Program-made: the position numbers and the translations under genes | Virus record (IMG/VR): IMGVR_UViG_3300035659_000001 | From: a virus | Taxonomy: Duplodnaviria > Heunggongvirae > Uroviricota > Caudoviricetes | Length of the DNA stretch: 64,000 nucleotides | Direction: 5' to 3' (one strand) | Part shown: positions 20,011 to 30,813 of the stretch, piece by piece | How positions within the stretch are numbered: the first letter of the stretch is position 1 | Layout: each line of letters starts with the position of its first letter | Notes under the pieces: model-generated | Database searches by the model: none | Seen by the model: the letters and a program-made list of their open reading frames with translations, nothing else | What the model was told of the DNA's origin: nothing

Positions 20011-20760
20011 ATGAATATTAAAGGTATAAACATAAAACCTGCTGAAGAAATAAAACAAACAAATGTGCAGTTACTTGCACGATTAAAAGAAATACCGATC
20101 ATAGTATTTTGTTTTCCTGGACTACAATTTTCAGGTGATTTTTTAAGATGCTGGACTGCGACAATGCATTATTTATTGACAGAAAAAATACGTTTTGTCA
20201 TGTCGACAGAATATTCTAGCGTAGTTCATTTAGCAAGAGCAAAATGTCTTTCATGTAATGTTCTTAATGGGCAACAGCAAAAGATATTTAATGGTATTAA
20301 TTATACACATATTATGTGGATTGACTCTGACATTGTTTGGCATCCAGAACAAATAGGTGAATTATTATTAAGAGATGTTGATGTTGTATCTGGCTTATAT
20401 TCACATAATGGCGAACAATTCATAGCATATAAAAACATTAATGATATTCAATATTTTAAAGAACATGGACATTTTGAATGTCTAACATTAAAAGATATTG
20501 AAAATGTAAATGATCTCATTGAAGTTTCTTATAGTGGTATGGGTTTTATGATGGTCAAAAAAGGAGTTTTTGAATCATTAGCATATCCATATTTTACATC
20601 AGAAGTAATTCATCTTGGTAATGATTTAACGGACATAATAAGCGAAGACACTTCTTTTTGTATGAAAATTAAAGAAAAAGATTTCAAAATATTTGTTGAT
20701 CCTTTAGTTGAAGTTGGTCATGAAAAATCTTTAATTGTTAGGTCAACTAAAAAAGTATAA
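20011..20760 (+). CDS. GT-A fold glycosyltransferase-like protein
   Basis: 'MWIDSDI', 'VVSGLY', 'GMGFMMVKKGVF', 'SEDTSFC', 'VGHEK'. Confidence 0.82.
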   Translation: MNIKGINIKPAEEIKQTNVQLLARLKEIPIIVFCFPGLQFSGDFLRCWTATMHYLLTEKIRFVMSTEYSSVVHLARAKCLSCNVLNGQQQKIFNGINYTHIMWIDSDIVWHPEQIGELLLRDVDVVSGLYSHNGEQFIAYKNINDIQYFKEHGHFECLTLKDIENVNDLIEVSYSGMGFMMVKKGVFESLAYPYFTSEVIHLGNDLTDIISEDTSFCMKIKEKDFKIFVDPLVEVGHEKSLIVRSTKKV

Positions 20761-20824
20761 AGAGATATCATGTCTAAAGTAGTAGTGCAACCAGAACTTA
20801 TTTAAACTAATAAAAGGAGTTGTC

Positions 20825-21943
20825 ATGAAAAAAGTTGCAAACACACTAGTAAACATCTTAGATAATCCTAATATGCAAAACATTTTAGATTTATCTAAAC
20901 CAATCCAACCAGTCGTCGATAATATGCTTAACTATTGGAGTTATAATCTGTATTCAAGAAAACCAGGCGCAGCATACACAGAAGATGATGTTTTTGTTGG
21001 AACTGACTTAGATTTAGCTTGTTTCTTATTTGCATTGGCCGAAAGAAATGCTGTTATAAACATTCCAAAATATGAAGGTCGTCGTGTAAAAACTGTAGCA
21101 GAAGGTGAAAGAGTTGTTTCAAATGAAAACAGACATGGTAAAATTTTAGCTGTTTTATCAAATAAAGAAAATTTTGCATTTTCAATTAGAATAAACGACG
21201 CAAATGTGATAACATCAGATTCAGTTGGCAATTTCAGAAATTTTATGATTGTTGACATTGATGGTTCTTGGTATGATGGGTGGAGTTCAGTTGAATTTGT
21301 GCCTGATGCAAAAGAAAACGACTTTTTGACAAATAACAAACTATGGACAGGCAACACAGTCGTTTTTAAAAATTTCATTCATCCAAACAGGTGGATCTCT
21401 TTTTACGGTCAATATTACTTTCAAACAAAAGCTCTTCTTGAAAGACTTGAAATGGAAGCTGTACATATTACTGAATGCATTCAAAAAATGAAAGATAGAG
21501 GCGTAAAGCTTCCACTAGCAGATATTAAAGAATGGCCTCAAAAAACAGTCGTCGGTGAAAGCAAGTCAATCAAAGTTTCAGTGATGGAAGCTGAAATTGA
21601 GATTCCGAACTTTATTAATAACTATTGTGATCATACAGACGGTTTGCTACCAGGTTTTACTGGCAAAAATGATGCTGATTTATTGAAAGCCTACATGAAT
21701 AGAAAAAGAGAGATCACATACACTATCAATCCAAAGCTGAGATTTGCTACACGTGCAACAGAGCTTGCATTCTTTAAGTATGGTAATAATGGCGAAAAGA
21801 TGCCTGCATGGATTGAAAATGCAAATTGGGAGCGTGGACATGTTCAAACCGGAAAACGTAAGGAATGGAATAGATTAGTTTTTACACGAGGTATTGCTCT
21901 ACGGTATAGAATATACGATAAAAGTGAAATTGTTGCAAAATAA
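20825..21943 (+). CDS. Hypothetical protein
   Basis: 372 aa, AAGGAG RBS, followed by a terminator. Confidence 0.8.
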   Translation: MKKVANTLVNILDNPNMQNILDLSKPIQPVVDNMLNYWSYNLYSRKPGAAYTEDDVFVGTDLDLACFLFALAERNAVINIPKYEGRRVKTVAEGERVVSNENRHGKILAVLSNKENFAFSIRINDANVITSDSVGNFRNFMIVDIDGSWYDGWSSVEFVPDAKENDFLTNNKLWTGNTVVFKNFIHPNRWISFYGQYYFQTKALLERLEMEAVHITECIQKMKDRGVKLPLADIKEWPQKTVVGESKSIKVSVMEAEIEIPNFINNYCDHTDGLLPGFTGKNDADLLKAYMNRKREITYTINPKLRFATRATELAFFKYGNNGEKMPAWIENANWERGHVQTGKRKEWNRLVFTRGIALRYRIYDKSEIVAK

Positions 21944-21959
21944 AGTAAAGAATATGAAC

Positions 21960-21994
21960 AAAGCATGCAGGAAATTAAACTGTATGCTTTTTTT
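21960..21994 (+). terminator. Rho-independent terminator
   Basis: AAAGCATGCAG-loop-CTGTATGCTTT followed by a T-run. Confidence 0.75.
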
Positions 21995-22120
21995 ATTAAC
22001 CTGGCACTGGAAAATCTACTATTCTAAGAAAAATTGAAGTAATGACTAATAGATTTGTTGTGACTGACCTCAATTGTTTGATAAAATTGAAGAAGAAGAC
22101 ATATAATAAAGGAGTAAACT

Positions 22121-23128
22121 ATGAGTGGTGCAAGTTTTGATGATTACAAAGAAACTATTAATCGTCGTAGCAAAGAAATAACTAGAGGTGATTATTCTGG
22201 ATATACAGAAAGATCAAAGATCAGTAAAAAGTGTGTTACTGAAAAATCAGCTGAACCCAGAAAAGAAAGAGATAAATCCGACTTATATGACAATAATCTT
22301 GTAAAATTAGAAATAACAAAACCAAAAAATGACGTCACAAGACTTCATATTATTTTAATTGACAATTCTGGATCAAATTCAATCATAGCAAGGCATGTTC
22401 GAGACAGTTCAGGTTATTTCATGAGCGTTTTAAGTACAATTGATCCACAATCACAAGTAGCTTTTATGTATTGTAGTGATCATGGTGATGGGCCAAACTT
22501 CATTCAATCTATTGATTATTTGTTTCCAGACAAAGAAGGTGATAAAGCTCTCTATTCAACATTACAACATGTAAAGCCTGCAAATGGACAAGATGCTGCT
22601 GAAGCTTTTGAATGTGCTCTTTGGCAAGCATGTGAAATTAATTTTGGTAATGCAATACAAAAACATCTATATTTGGCAACAGACGTAGTTGGTCATGGAA
22701 TGGGAATGAGTAGTGATGATGGATGTCCTTTTCAAAGAGATTGGAAAGATTCAAAAGAAAAAGTATATACTACATTTACATCGTTTGAAGTCATTGGCTG
22801 TGGTAATAATGCTAGTACAGGCAGATTGCAGGCTCAGTTTTTAAAAGACGATAGAATTCAATATGATTTGATTGATTTATCTTCTATCGAAGAAGATCGT
22901 CATAGAGCAGCTATAACAATAAATGCAATATTATTTCTTATTGCGCGAAAAACTGGTCGTCAAGGCATTGAATTATTTTTGTCGTTCTTGTATGAAAAGT
23001 GGTTAGAAGATCCAATTTTCGGTAGTGAAACAGAAGACAGAGCAAAAGATATGATCAGACGTTTTGGAAAATTCATAGAATTGCCTGAAAATGAAGTCGA
23101 TGAAATAATGAAAAAGATTTTAGTCTAA
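22121..23128 (+). CDS. von Willebrand factor A domain protein
   Basis: MIDAS-like 'ILIDNSGSN', 'ANGQDAAEAFECAL', 'LATDVVGHG'. Confidence 0.75.
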   Translation: MSGASFDDYKETINRRSKEITRGDYSGYTERSKISKKCVTEKSAEPRKERDKSDLYDNNLVKLEITKPKNDVTRLHIILIDNSGSNSIIARHVRDSSGYFMSVLSTIDPQSQVAFMYCSDHGDGPNFIQSIDYLFPDKEGDKALYSTLQHVKPANGQDAAEAFECALWQACEINFGNAIQKHLYLATDVVGHGMGMSSDDGCPFQRDWKDSKEKVYTTFTSFEVIGCGNNASTGRLQAQFLKDDRIQYDLIDLSSIEEDRHRAAITINAILFLIARKTGRQGIELFLSFLYEKWLEDPIFGSETEDRAKDMIRRFGKFIELPENEVDEIMKKILV

Positions 23129-24696
23129 TGAAAAATGCTGAATTTATACGTTCGTGTGAAGAATGCAATATTGATGTAATTTCACAATTACAAGAGTCAG
23201 ATAATGGTAAAGATCATAAATCAGCTATTTGGCTTATAAGAGACAACGATAAATTATTCAAAGTTTTGAAAAGCATTACAAATTATCCTGAACCTTATCT
23301 TAGTGAAGATCAAATTTTTTTACAATTACCCACTTTATCATTTATACCAAAATTTTATGGTGTAACAGAAATTTGTGGTCAAAGATTTCTTAGACGATCT
23401 TTTGTTAGAGGGCCAACACTTGCAGACAATATCATTCATTTTTTATTAGCTGCAAATGATTCATCATCATACATAATTTATCTTATTCTTGAAAAAATAA
23501 AAATCTTACTTGATAACAATCTTCTTTTTTTAGATTTAAAACCAAGTAACATCATATTGACAAATGATAATGACATCAACTTAATTGATTTTGGTTTATC
23601 TCAATTTGTCAGTAATAAAAATCAGATTGTAAAATCGATTTTGTCACATCCCAGATATTGTGCTCCTGAAAATTGTGACAATGTTTCAAGCGCGAAGTCA
23701 ATTGTTTTTCAGTTAGGCATCATTGCGCATGAACTACTTACTGGACAACATCCTTTTGAAAGTGAAAATGAGTTGTCATTTACAACTAATTGGCAACAAT
23801 GCATCTTTCGATATCTTCATCCTATTGTTAAAAATGAGTCAAAAATACTTACAGATAACATTGTCTCAAAAATGCTTGAATTTCAGCCCGATGATAGACC
23901 ATCATTAGATGATTGCATTAAAGAATTTGAAAACACTCCAAAAGTATTTATACAAAAATCAATTACTATAGATACTAAAAAGACAGTATTATTTCCAGCA
24001 AGAATGGGCATTCCGCACAAAGGTCACATTGACTACATTTCGGGCCTCATAGACTTAGGCTACTATGTTATAATTTCAATCCAAAGGTCTTATACAATTA
24101 CTGATAAAGATCCTATATCTAAATGGTTTGTGATGAAAATAGTTGAACATTCACTTTTGAAGTTAGGCTATTCTAAAAATAATTTTAAATTTTATTTTAC
24201 ACCTTTTTACAAAACTGTTAATGAGTTAAAAATGCATTTTGCAATGATGCCTGATAGTTTTTCAACTGTTGTATCTTCTAATCCGTCAATTCGTGATTTA
24301 TTTGAATATCATGACATAATTGAACAAAAAGATGTTCTAGGTTATGAAAATGAGCCGTTTGATGCTCGATCATGGGGTGAAATAATTAGGACAGCTATTA
24401 AAAATAATGATTATCTAATGTTTAAAAGATATGCTGCTATTGGTCTTGAAGATATTATTACATTTAAACAAATTAAAGAGATGTACTGCAAACCATTAAT
24501 TGAATTTGTTCCAGGAAATGTTTTTGTTGTAGTTAAAAATGAAGAACTAAGAGTGAATAAATACTCAAATCCAGAAGAAACTATTATAAAACATTTCAGT
24601 TGTCAAAATGATAAAATTATGTATGAATATACAGAATTTGATGGTACTAATGAAAAAATTCATTTTAATTTAAAGGAGGACGTATGTCATATTTAG
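23128..24696 (+). CDS. Ser/Thr protein kinase fused to a NadM/NMNAT-like HxGH nucleotidyltransferase
   Basis: 'DLKPSNI', 'DFG', 'YCAPE', 'ELLTGQHPF'; then 'FPARMGIPHKGH', 'ISIQRS', 'SWGEIIR'. Confidence 0.8.
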   Translation: MKNAEFIRSCEECNIDVISQLQESDNGKDHKSAIWLIRDNDKLFKVLKSITNYPEPYLSEDQIFLQLPTLSFIPKFYGVTEICGQRFLRRSFVRGPTLADNIIHFLLAANDSSSYIIYLILEKIKILLDNNLLFLDLKPSNIILTNDNDINLIDFGLSQFVSNKNQIVKSILSHPRYCAPENCDNVSSAKSIVFQLGIIAHELLTGQHPFESENELSFTTNWQQCIFRYLHPIVKNESKILTDNIVSKMLEFQPDDRPSLDDCIKEFENTPKVFIQKSITIDTKKTVLFPARMGIPHKGHIDYISGLIDLGYYVIISIQRSYTITDKDPISKWFVMKIVEHSLLKLGYSKNNFKFYFTPFYKTVNELKMHFAMMPDSFSTVVSSNPSIRDLFEYHDIIEQKDVLGYENEPFDARSWGEIIRTAIKNNDYLMFKRYAAIGLEDIITFKQIKEMYCKPLIEFVPGNVFVVVKNEELRVNKYSNPEETIIKHFSCQNDKIMYEYTEFDGTNEKIHFNLKEDVCHI

Positions 24697-25832
24697 AGAG
24701 TTGGACAAATAGGATTGAACCATTTGCAAAAGCAATTGGCAAAACTATTGAAGAAGTAACCGAGTGTCTTACGAGCGAAGTTGGCGAACCAAATGACCAA
24801 GCTTTAGAGGCCTTAGGCAATGAAGAATTTACACCGTTTGAATCATTGCAAGTTGTGTTTAAGCCTTTGAACATTCCACCAGCAATTCTTCGTAAAAATG
24901 TGAATCTCTTACGAGTAAAAGCTGTCGAGAAAGCTGCGCCAACAAATATTGTTATGACAAATGTTTTGCCGCCTATTGCAGATGATGAGAGTTTTGTTAA
25001 AGCTTTGAAAGTTGGCGGTGAACTAAAAGTCAATACAATTGAAGTAATCGCAGCAGTCAAAGCTGCTCTTGCAGATCATATTGGATTGTATGATTTGCCA
25101 GATATGTTGAAATCAAGAATGGAAGAAGTGTCAGAGTCGCTTGAAGAACCGTGCAGTAAAGAATTTCTTGAAATGCGTAATTTAGTTACGAAAAGAACTT
25201 ATGCAGACATTATGTCTGTTCTTGGTATTGAAGGCCATTTTATAAACGATACAAGAAAAACTGCTTTTTTAAAGAAACTAAATGACTTACTGTGGACTGA
25301 AACAATAAGCTTTCATACTCAATTATCAAACTGGAATACTACCTGGCTCAATACTGCGAGTAATCCCGGAATGATTTCGACTGCAATTTTGTCGGCTGTT
25401 TCTGGCAATGCAGCATCTCCTGTAGCTTCGATGATGCAACCACCCGATACAGCATTTCTTAGAGATGCAGCTGAAAAAGTGATAATGACAATTAACAAAA
25501 TTTTTGCTGGCTTTGGAATACCAATTGCAAGAGCTTTAGCTTATGAAGCTCTTGAAATCAAAAAAGTATTAGAGAAAAGCACGTTGCCTGCATTGGTCGG
25601 TGCATTAAATAGAGATTCAATGCTTAAAATGTTGAATGTGAGTGTTGCTGGAGATTATGTGCGTCTTGAGAGAAATTTAGTTCAGTATGTTGTTGCAATT
25701 ATGGAATTTCCAAAAGTTGAGCCACAAACTGAAATATTATATTTATCATCTTTGTATCAGTTAGGCATGTCAATTGACTGGAATAAATTTTCAAAAGCAG
25801 ACAATAAATTTACGAAACATAGAGCATATTAA
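24684..25832 (+). CDS. Hypothetical protein
   Basis: 382 aa, AGGAGG RBS, overlaps the kinase gene. Confidence 0.8.
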   Translation: MSYLESWTNRIEPFAKAIGKTIEEVTECLTSEVGEPNDQALEALGNEEFTPFESLQVVFKPLNIPPAILRKNVNLLRVKAVEKAAPTNIVMTNVLPPIADDESFVKALKVGGELKVNTIEVIAAVKAALADHIGLYDLPDMLKSRMEEVSESLEEPCSKEFLEMRNLVTKRTYADIMSVLGIEGHFINDTRKTAFLKKLNDLLWTETISFHTQLSNWNTTWLNTASNPGMISTAILSAVSGNAASPVASMMQPPDTAFLRDAAEKVIMTINKIFAGFGIPIARALAYEALEIKKVLEKSTLPALVGALNRDSMLKMLNVSVAGDYVRLERNLVQYVVAIMEFPKVEPQTEILYLSSLYQLGMSIDWNKFSKADNKFTKHRAY

Positions 25833-25879
25833 ACGATTTAAACAGATTAAAGCAAATTAAATTTGTAAGGAGTGAAACT

Positions 25880-26569
25880 ATGAATGAAAATATATTAAAA
25901 GTTGAAAAAACAAACGTAAATTTGAAAATGGATTTTGATGCACGTGATGTTATTGACATTTTAGTATCTGAACAAGAACAAAGTATCGAAAATATCATTA
26001 AAAATCTAGAATTAGATTTGAAAGACTTGCAAAATGAATTAACTACAAATGCAAAAGAAATTGACGCTTATATAAAAGCGTTTGTGGACAAAAAATATAG
26101 CAGCCATGTCAATTCTATTGACAAAATGTTCAATGAAATGGGACTTGATGCGCTTGTCAGATTTGAAATTATTGATAGTAAAGACATGGTCAACAAACGA
26201 CCAAAATTGATGAGTAATCCAAGCGCACAGTTAGAAGATACAGATAAAATTATCTTCGCGCTTGTTATTACTAATAAAGCTTTTGATCGTAATGTAGTTG
26301 ATAGCACTATATCATTTTTTCTTGAGTCTGATTATGATGACAAATTGAAAAATCTTAATAAAAAGCGCGAAACAATTCTTGAAACCGTTAACACAATCAG
26401 AAATCAGATAAAAGGCTATCAAACACAACTTAGTGGGACTGATAGATTAGTAAGAAGAGCTAAAGCTGCTGCTGTTACCAAAAAAGCAATAGGACAAAGT
26501 GTAGATGAATTACTAGCAGATTTTAGACAGGCTTATCCACAAATTGAATTGAAAAAAGACAAGTTTTAA
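25880..26569 (+). CDS. Hypothetical coiled-coil protein
   Basis: AAGGAG RBS; heptad-rich termini. Confidence 0.75.
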   Translation: MNENILKVEKTNVNLKMDFDARDVIDILVSEQEQSIENIIKNLELDLKDLQNELTTNAKEIDAYIKAFVDKKYSSHVNSIDKMFNEMGLDALVRFEIIDSKDMVNKRPKLMSNPSAQLEDTDKIIFALVITNKAFDRNVVDSTISFFLESDYDDKLKNLNKKRETILETVNTIRNQIKGYQTQLSGTDRLVRRAKAAAVTKKAIGQSVDELLADFRQAYPQIELKKDKF

Positions 26570-26664
26570 AGGATTTTAATTATGTGTGATAAACCTCTTA
26601 ATTTTACTGGTGATACTTCATTGACTCAAAAAAAGACAATGAAACAGAAAATAAAGGAGGTATC

Positions 26665-27453
26665 TTGTCCAGTAAACATGCTATAAAAAAGATGAAGATG
26701 TTAAGTAAAAAGTATGAAGTTCAGACTGAGATTGTAGCAGGGTACTTCCGAACGAAAGTATTCTATGCAGCTAAAGAATCCGGAGACCCTGCACTTATCC
26801 TGGCTGAAAAAGAAAAACTAAGGAAGATGCCCTTTTGTGCAGAGAAAGTTTTAATGTTTAAAGAATTAACGCTGGGTAATGAAGAAGACTGTAAAAAAGA
26901 AAAAGAAAGATTGGAAATGACAATAACTGACAAAGATCTTGGAATACCTCACGATAGTGAAAAATTTAGAGACGTTAGAGCTCGTGCAAAAGATGAAGAA
27001 TTTATTCGCAAAACTCGAAAAGACTCAAAACAAATTCAACCACCTTATAAAATTGATGATGAAATTGTTTTAACTAACACTGGTATGGGCAGAGCTAGAC
27101 ATTATGTGCTCATAAAAATTGTTGATTTTGATGAATCAAGGGGATCAACAAATGATTTTGAATATTTTGGAATAGTTTTAAAATTGACTGATCCTAAGTT
27201 AGAACATAGGCTTGGTCGATTATTAATTTTTTCAACTAGAAAATGGATAATTGGATGGAATTATTCACCTGCAAACGTCAAAAATGAAAATATAAAATGG
27301 CATGCACAATTAACTAAAGAAGAACCTATCATTGCTTCATTTCCAGCACTCATACAATATATTGACAACCAAGAAACTTGTATTATTTCATCATTTGACG
27401 AAATAATTAATAATCGAAATTTCAAAGTTTTAAAACTAAACTACAAACAATAA
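26665..27453 (+). CDS. Hypothetical protein
   Basis: AGGAGG RBS plus TTG start. Confidence 0.7.
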   Translation: MSSKHAIKKMKMLSKKYEVQTEIVAGYFRTKVFYAAKESGDPALILAEKEKLRKMPFCAEKVLMFKELTLGNEEDCKKEKERLEMTITDKDLGIPHDSEKFRDVRARAKDEEFIRKTRKDSKQIQPPYKIDDEIVLTNTGMGRARHYVLIKIVDFDESRGSTNDFEYFGIVLKLTDPKLEHRLGRLLIFSTRKWIIGWNYSPANVKNENIKWHAQLTKEEPIIASFPALIQYIDNQETCIISSFDEIINNRNFKVLKLNYKQ

Positions 27454-27544
27454 ATGTCAATAGCATGTAGTTGACACACTTCAAAATATAATTTTTTAAT
27501 CTTTTTTATATAATTCTTTCATAATATTATGAAAGGATTTTATA

Positions 27545-28015
27545 ATGAAGTATAGCCAACAAATTAACAAAGAATTCTTAAAAAAATCTTTTGTCAAGAC
27601 AGCTGCTATTCAAGCGCTTCCAGTCATTAAGAAATATCGTGTTTCAGATGAATCATACGATGTTTGTCCTCATTGTCATAATGAAATTGGTGAAAAATCA
27701 GTCTTTTTTGATATGAAAGGTATTTACGGACAGCCTGAAATATGGTATCATAGACAATGTAGTAAGCCAATAAACTTCCCTGACGAAAATAAAACAGGTC
27801 AAGTATTTTATTTTCGTATTCGTACATTTGGTAAAATAGATAATAAACATGATTTTGGTGAATGTCATCCTGAATGCGAATATCTTTCATGGAAAGAATC
27901 TGGTTATGGCTTTTGTAAATTATTTAAAAAAGATTTAGGCAAATGCCGGTGTAAATATGGTTCAGGTGCTATAAGATGTAGTGAATGTCAGAGTGCAACG
28001 GATGGTCAAACATGA
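27545..28015 (+). CDS. Cys-rich zinc-binding protein with EFxK leader
   Basis: 'MKYSQQINKEFLKKSFVKTAA'; CPHC, CHPEC and C..C motifs. Confidence 0.7.
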   Translation: MKYSQQINKEFLKKSFVKTAAIQALPVIKKYRVSDESYDVCPHCHNEIGEKSVFFDMKGIYGQPEIWYHRQCSKPINFPDENKTGQVFYFRIRTFGKIDNKHDFGECHPECEYLSWKESGYGFCKLFKKDLGKCRCKYGSGAIRCSECQSATDGQT

Positions 28016-28827
28016 AAACTGCAAAATGGCAAGACCTATCTTTTGAACAACAACAACAATATATGAAACATCATCCAAAAACTAAGTTTCATGTTACTGG
28101 TATGCCGTCGGATCCTCAGAATATTGAATTGTTTAATATTAAAAAGACTATGAATGGTTTAAATAGTGTAGTTGAGGGTAAATTGCCTATTGTACAAGAA
28201 AAAGCTAATGAATGGTCTGAGACATTACAATCGCTGGGATTTGAAAAAGTAAAAGAGAGTGAAGAATCTACAACTTTAGTAAAAGACGATTTACAAGCTG
28301 AAGTAGGCGTCAAAAAAGGAAAAATGAGATATTTCAGTTACTTTGAAATTAAACCAATGGAAGTAAATATGGAAAAAGCTGCAACTATTAATGATGAAAA
28401 TATTATTAACTTTGTTAAAGCTGCAACAGCTGATGATAGCAAAAAAGGCTTAGTAATAGATATTGAAAAAGAAACTGCCAATAATAATAATTTTCGTAAA
28501 GTAATATATACTGGCGAGCATAGTCAACTTGTTTTAATGTCACTAAATCCTGGCGAAGAAATTGGTGAAGAGATACATGAAGAAACAGATCAATTTTTTA
28601 GAATAGATAAAGGTTCAGGATTTGTTGTCATTAATGATGAAAAACATACAATTAATGATGGCTTTGCTATTGTGATTCCTGCTGGAGCAAAACATAATGT
28701 CATAGCAGGTAAAGACGGACTGAAGTTATATTCGATTTACTCGCCGCCGCACCACGCTGATAAAACTATTCATAAAACAAAAGAAGATGTTGAAGAAGAG
28801 CATTTTGACGGTAAGACAACAGAATAA
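28012..28827 (+). CDS. Cupin-domain protein with N-terminal W..L..EQ..Y..HHP module
   Basis: 'LVLMSLNPGEEIGEEIHEETDQFF...IPAGAKHNV...LYSIYSPPHH'; ATGA overlap start. Confidence 0.88.
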   Translation: MKTAKWQDLSFEQQQQYMKHHPKTKFHVTGMPSDPQNIELFNIKKTMNGLNSVVEGKLPIVQEKANEWSETLQSLGFEKVKESEESTTLVKDDLQAEVGVKKGKMRYFSYFEIKPMEVNMEKAATINDENIINFVKAATADDSKKGLVIDIEKETANNNNFRKVIYTGEHSQLVLMSLNPGEEIGEEIHEETDQFFRIDKGSGFVVINDEKHTINDGFAIVIPAGAKHNVIAGKDGLKLYSIYSPPHHADKTIHKTKEDVEEEHFDGKTTE

Positions 28828-28839
28828 CTGGAGATCAAA

Positions 28840-29103
28840 ATGACAAAATTCATTAAAGACATCGTGTCTGCAAATGGTAATGCCTCTACTACTAGAGTAT
28901 GTACGCTTTTAATTGTTGCAATTATTTTAATTGTTTATGTTGCAGTTAACGTAGTTGCAATGATCAAAGGATCAGGCTATCAAGATTTTCCTACAAATTC
29001 TGTTATGGTCTTACTCGTGGCATTGGGTGCAAAAGTAGGCCAGCATATATCTGAGACATTTGAAAAGAAAAAAATTGAACAGATAGATGAACAACCTAAA
29101 TAA
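28840..29103 (+). CDS. Putative holin
   Basis: Two hydrophobic helices, charged tail, directly upstream of the endolysin. Confidence 0.7.
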   Translation: MTKFIKDIVSANGNASTTRVCTLLIVAIILIVYVAVNVVAMIKGSGYQDFPTNSVMVLLVALGAKVGQHISETFEKKKIEQIDEQPK

Positions 29104-29116
29104 AGGAGAGATTAAA

Positions 29117-29623
29117 ATGGATTCAAATTTTGAAAAATCATTGCAGTTGATACTTAAATTTGAGGGTGGATATGTTAATGACCCGAATGATCATGGCGGA
29201 GCAACTAATAAAGGTGTAACTCAAACAGTATATGATGAATACAGAAAATCGTTAAATAAATCAAGTCAATCAGTAAAAGATATAACTGATGAAGAAGTAA
29301 AAGATCTTTATTATAAAAAATATTGGATAGTGGCAATGTGTGATAAATTGCCACTTGACGTTGACACAGTTCATTTTGATATGGCTGTAAATGCAGGACC
29401 AAAACAAGCTGCAAAATTGCTACAAAGAAGTGTCGGAGTAGCTGATGACGGAGTGATTGGACCAGAAACATTAGCAAAAATAATATTAATAAAAGATTTA
29501 AAAACGCTTGTAAAGCAATATATAAATAAAAGAATTGAATTTTATATTGACATAGTTGTTAAAGATACATCACAAATCAAATTTTTAAAAGGATGGATTT
29601 TAAGAGCAAATTCATTTCAGTAA
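29117..29623 (+). CDS. Endolysin, glycoside hydrolase family 108 with peptidoglycan-binding domain
   Basis: 'FEGGYVNDPNDHGGATNKGVT', 'FDMAVNAG', 'DDGVIGPETL', 'FLKGWILR'. Confidence 0.93.
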   Translation: MDSNFEKSLQLILKFEGGYVNDPNDHGGATNKGVTQTVYDEYRKSLNKSSQSVKDITDEEVKDLYYKKYWIVAMCDKLPLDVDTVHFDMAVNAGPKQAAKLLQRSVGVADDGVIGPETLAKIILIKDLKTLVKQYINKRIEFYIDIVVKDTSQIKFLKGWILRANSFQ

Positions 29624-29667
29624 TTGTTGATTGAAAACATAAGAATTACTCAAAAAGGAGATATAGT

Positions 29668-30807
29668 TTGAATACCGACATTCTTGTCGAAAATGATCCA
29701 GACCCGCTTAGTAAAAACAATGACTTTAATCAATTTTTTTCTTTTACTCCGTATAATTGGTCTAATTGGCGATGGCAAATAAAAAATAAAATTACTTCAA
29801 TTGATCGTTTATCTAAAATAATCAAACTAACACTTGAAGAAAAAGAAGTAATAACAGTCAATAAATCATTTCCATTTGCTGTAACTCCCTATTACTTGAA
29901 AATCATTTATGACAATCCTTTGTCATCATTAAGAAAAACAATTATTCCCACTATCAAAGAACTCAATTTTCAAGACTGTGAAAATGAAGATCCCTTACAA
30001 GAAAAAAGCCACAGTCCGTGCAAATGTATAGTTCATAGATATCCTGATCGAGTACTATTTCTAACTACAAGCGTTTGTTCTACATATTGTCGATATTGCA
30101 CAAGATCAAGAGTCGTTGGCAAAACGTGTATCACAACATGTGACTGGATTGACGCAATTGATTATATTAAAGCACACGTTGAAGTGAGAGATGTTTTATT
30201 ATCAGGTGGAGATCCATTAACATTATCAAACGATAGCATAGACTGGTTATTATCACAAATAAGAGCAATTAAGCATGTTGAAGTAATAAGAATAGGTACA
30301 AAAGTTCCAGTAGTTTTACCTCAACGACTTTATGATAAAGAATTGTTAAATATATTAAAACGATATCATCCTTTGTTTATGAGTATTCATTTTGTTCATC
30401 CAGATGAATTATCTAAAGAAACAATTACTGCATGTTCAAATCTGGCAAATGCAGGCATTCCGTTAGGCAGTCAAACAGTTTTATTAAAAGACGTCAATGA
30501 CGACACTAAACTTATGACAAAATTAATGCAAGGTTTATTAAAAATCCGTGTTAAACCATATTATTTGTACCAATGTGATCCTATTTTAGGCTCATCTCAT
30601 TTTAGAACAAAAGTTGAAAAAGGCATAGAAATAATAAAAAGCTTGCGAGGATTTACATCTGGATATGCAGTTCCCACTTTTGTAATAGATGCTCCTGGTG
30701 GTGGCGGTAAAATACCAATAATGCCAGAATATGTTGTTGAAAGTAGTAGCAATATAATAACTTTAAAAAACTATGAAAACAACATATACTATTATCCAAA
30801 TGAATGA
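29668..30807 (+). CDS. kamA: KamA-family radical SAM enzyme (lysine 2,3-aminomutase-like)
   Basis: 'HRYPDRVL', CxxxCxxC 'CSTYCRYC', 'VLLSGGDPL', 'SQTVLLKDVND', 'PYYLYQCD', 'IDAPGGGGKIP'. Confidence 0.92.
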   Translation: MNTDILVENDPDPLSKNNDFNQFFSFTPYNWSNWRWQIKNKITSIDRLSKIIKLTLEEKEVITVNKSFPFAVTPYYLKIIYDNPLSSLRKTIIPTIKELNFQDCENEDPLQEKSHSPCKCIVHRYPDRVLFLTTSVCSTYCRYCTRSRVVGKTCITTCDWIDAIDYIKAHVEVRDVLLSGGDPLTLSNDSIDWLLSQIRAIKHVEVIRIGTKVPVVLPQRLYDKELLNILKRYHPLFMSIHFVHPDELSKETITACSNLANAGIPLGSQTVLLKDVNDDTKLMTKLMQGLLKIRVKPYYLYQCDPILGSSHFRTKVEKGIEIIKSLRGFTSGYAVPTFVIDAPGGGGKIPIMPEYVVESSSNIITLKNYENNIYYYPNE

Positions 30808-30813
30808 ACGATA

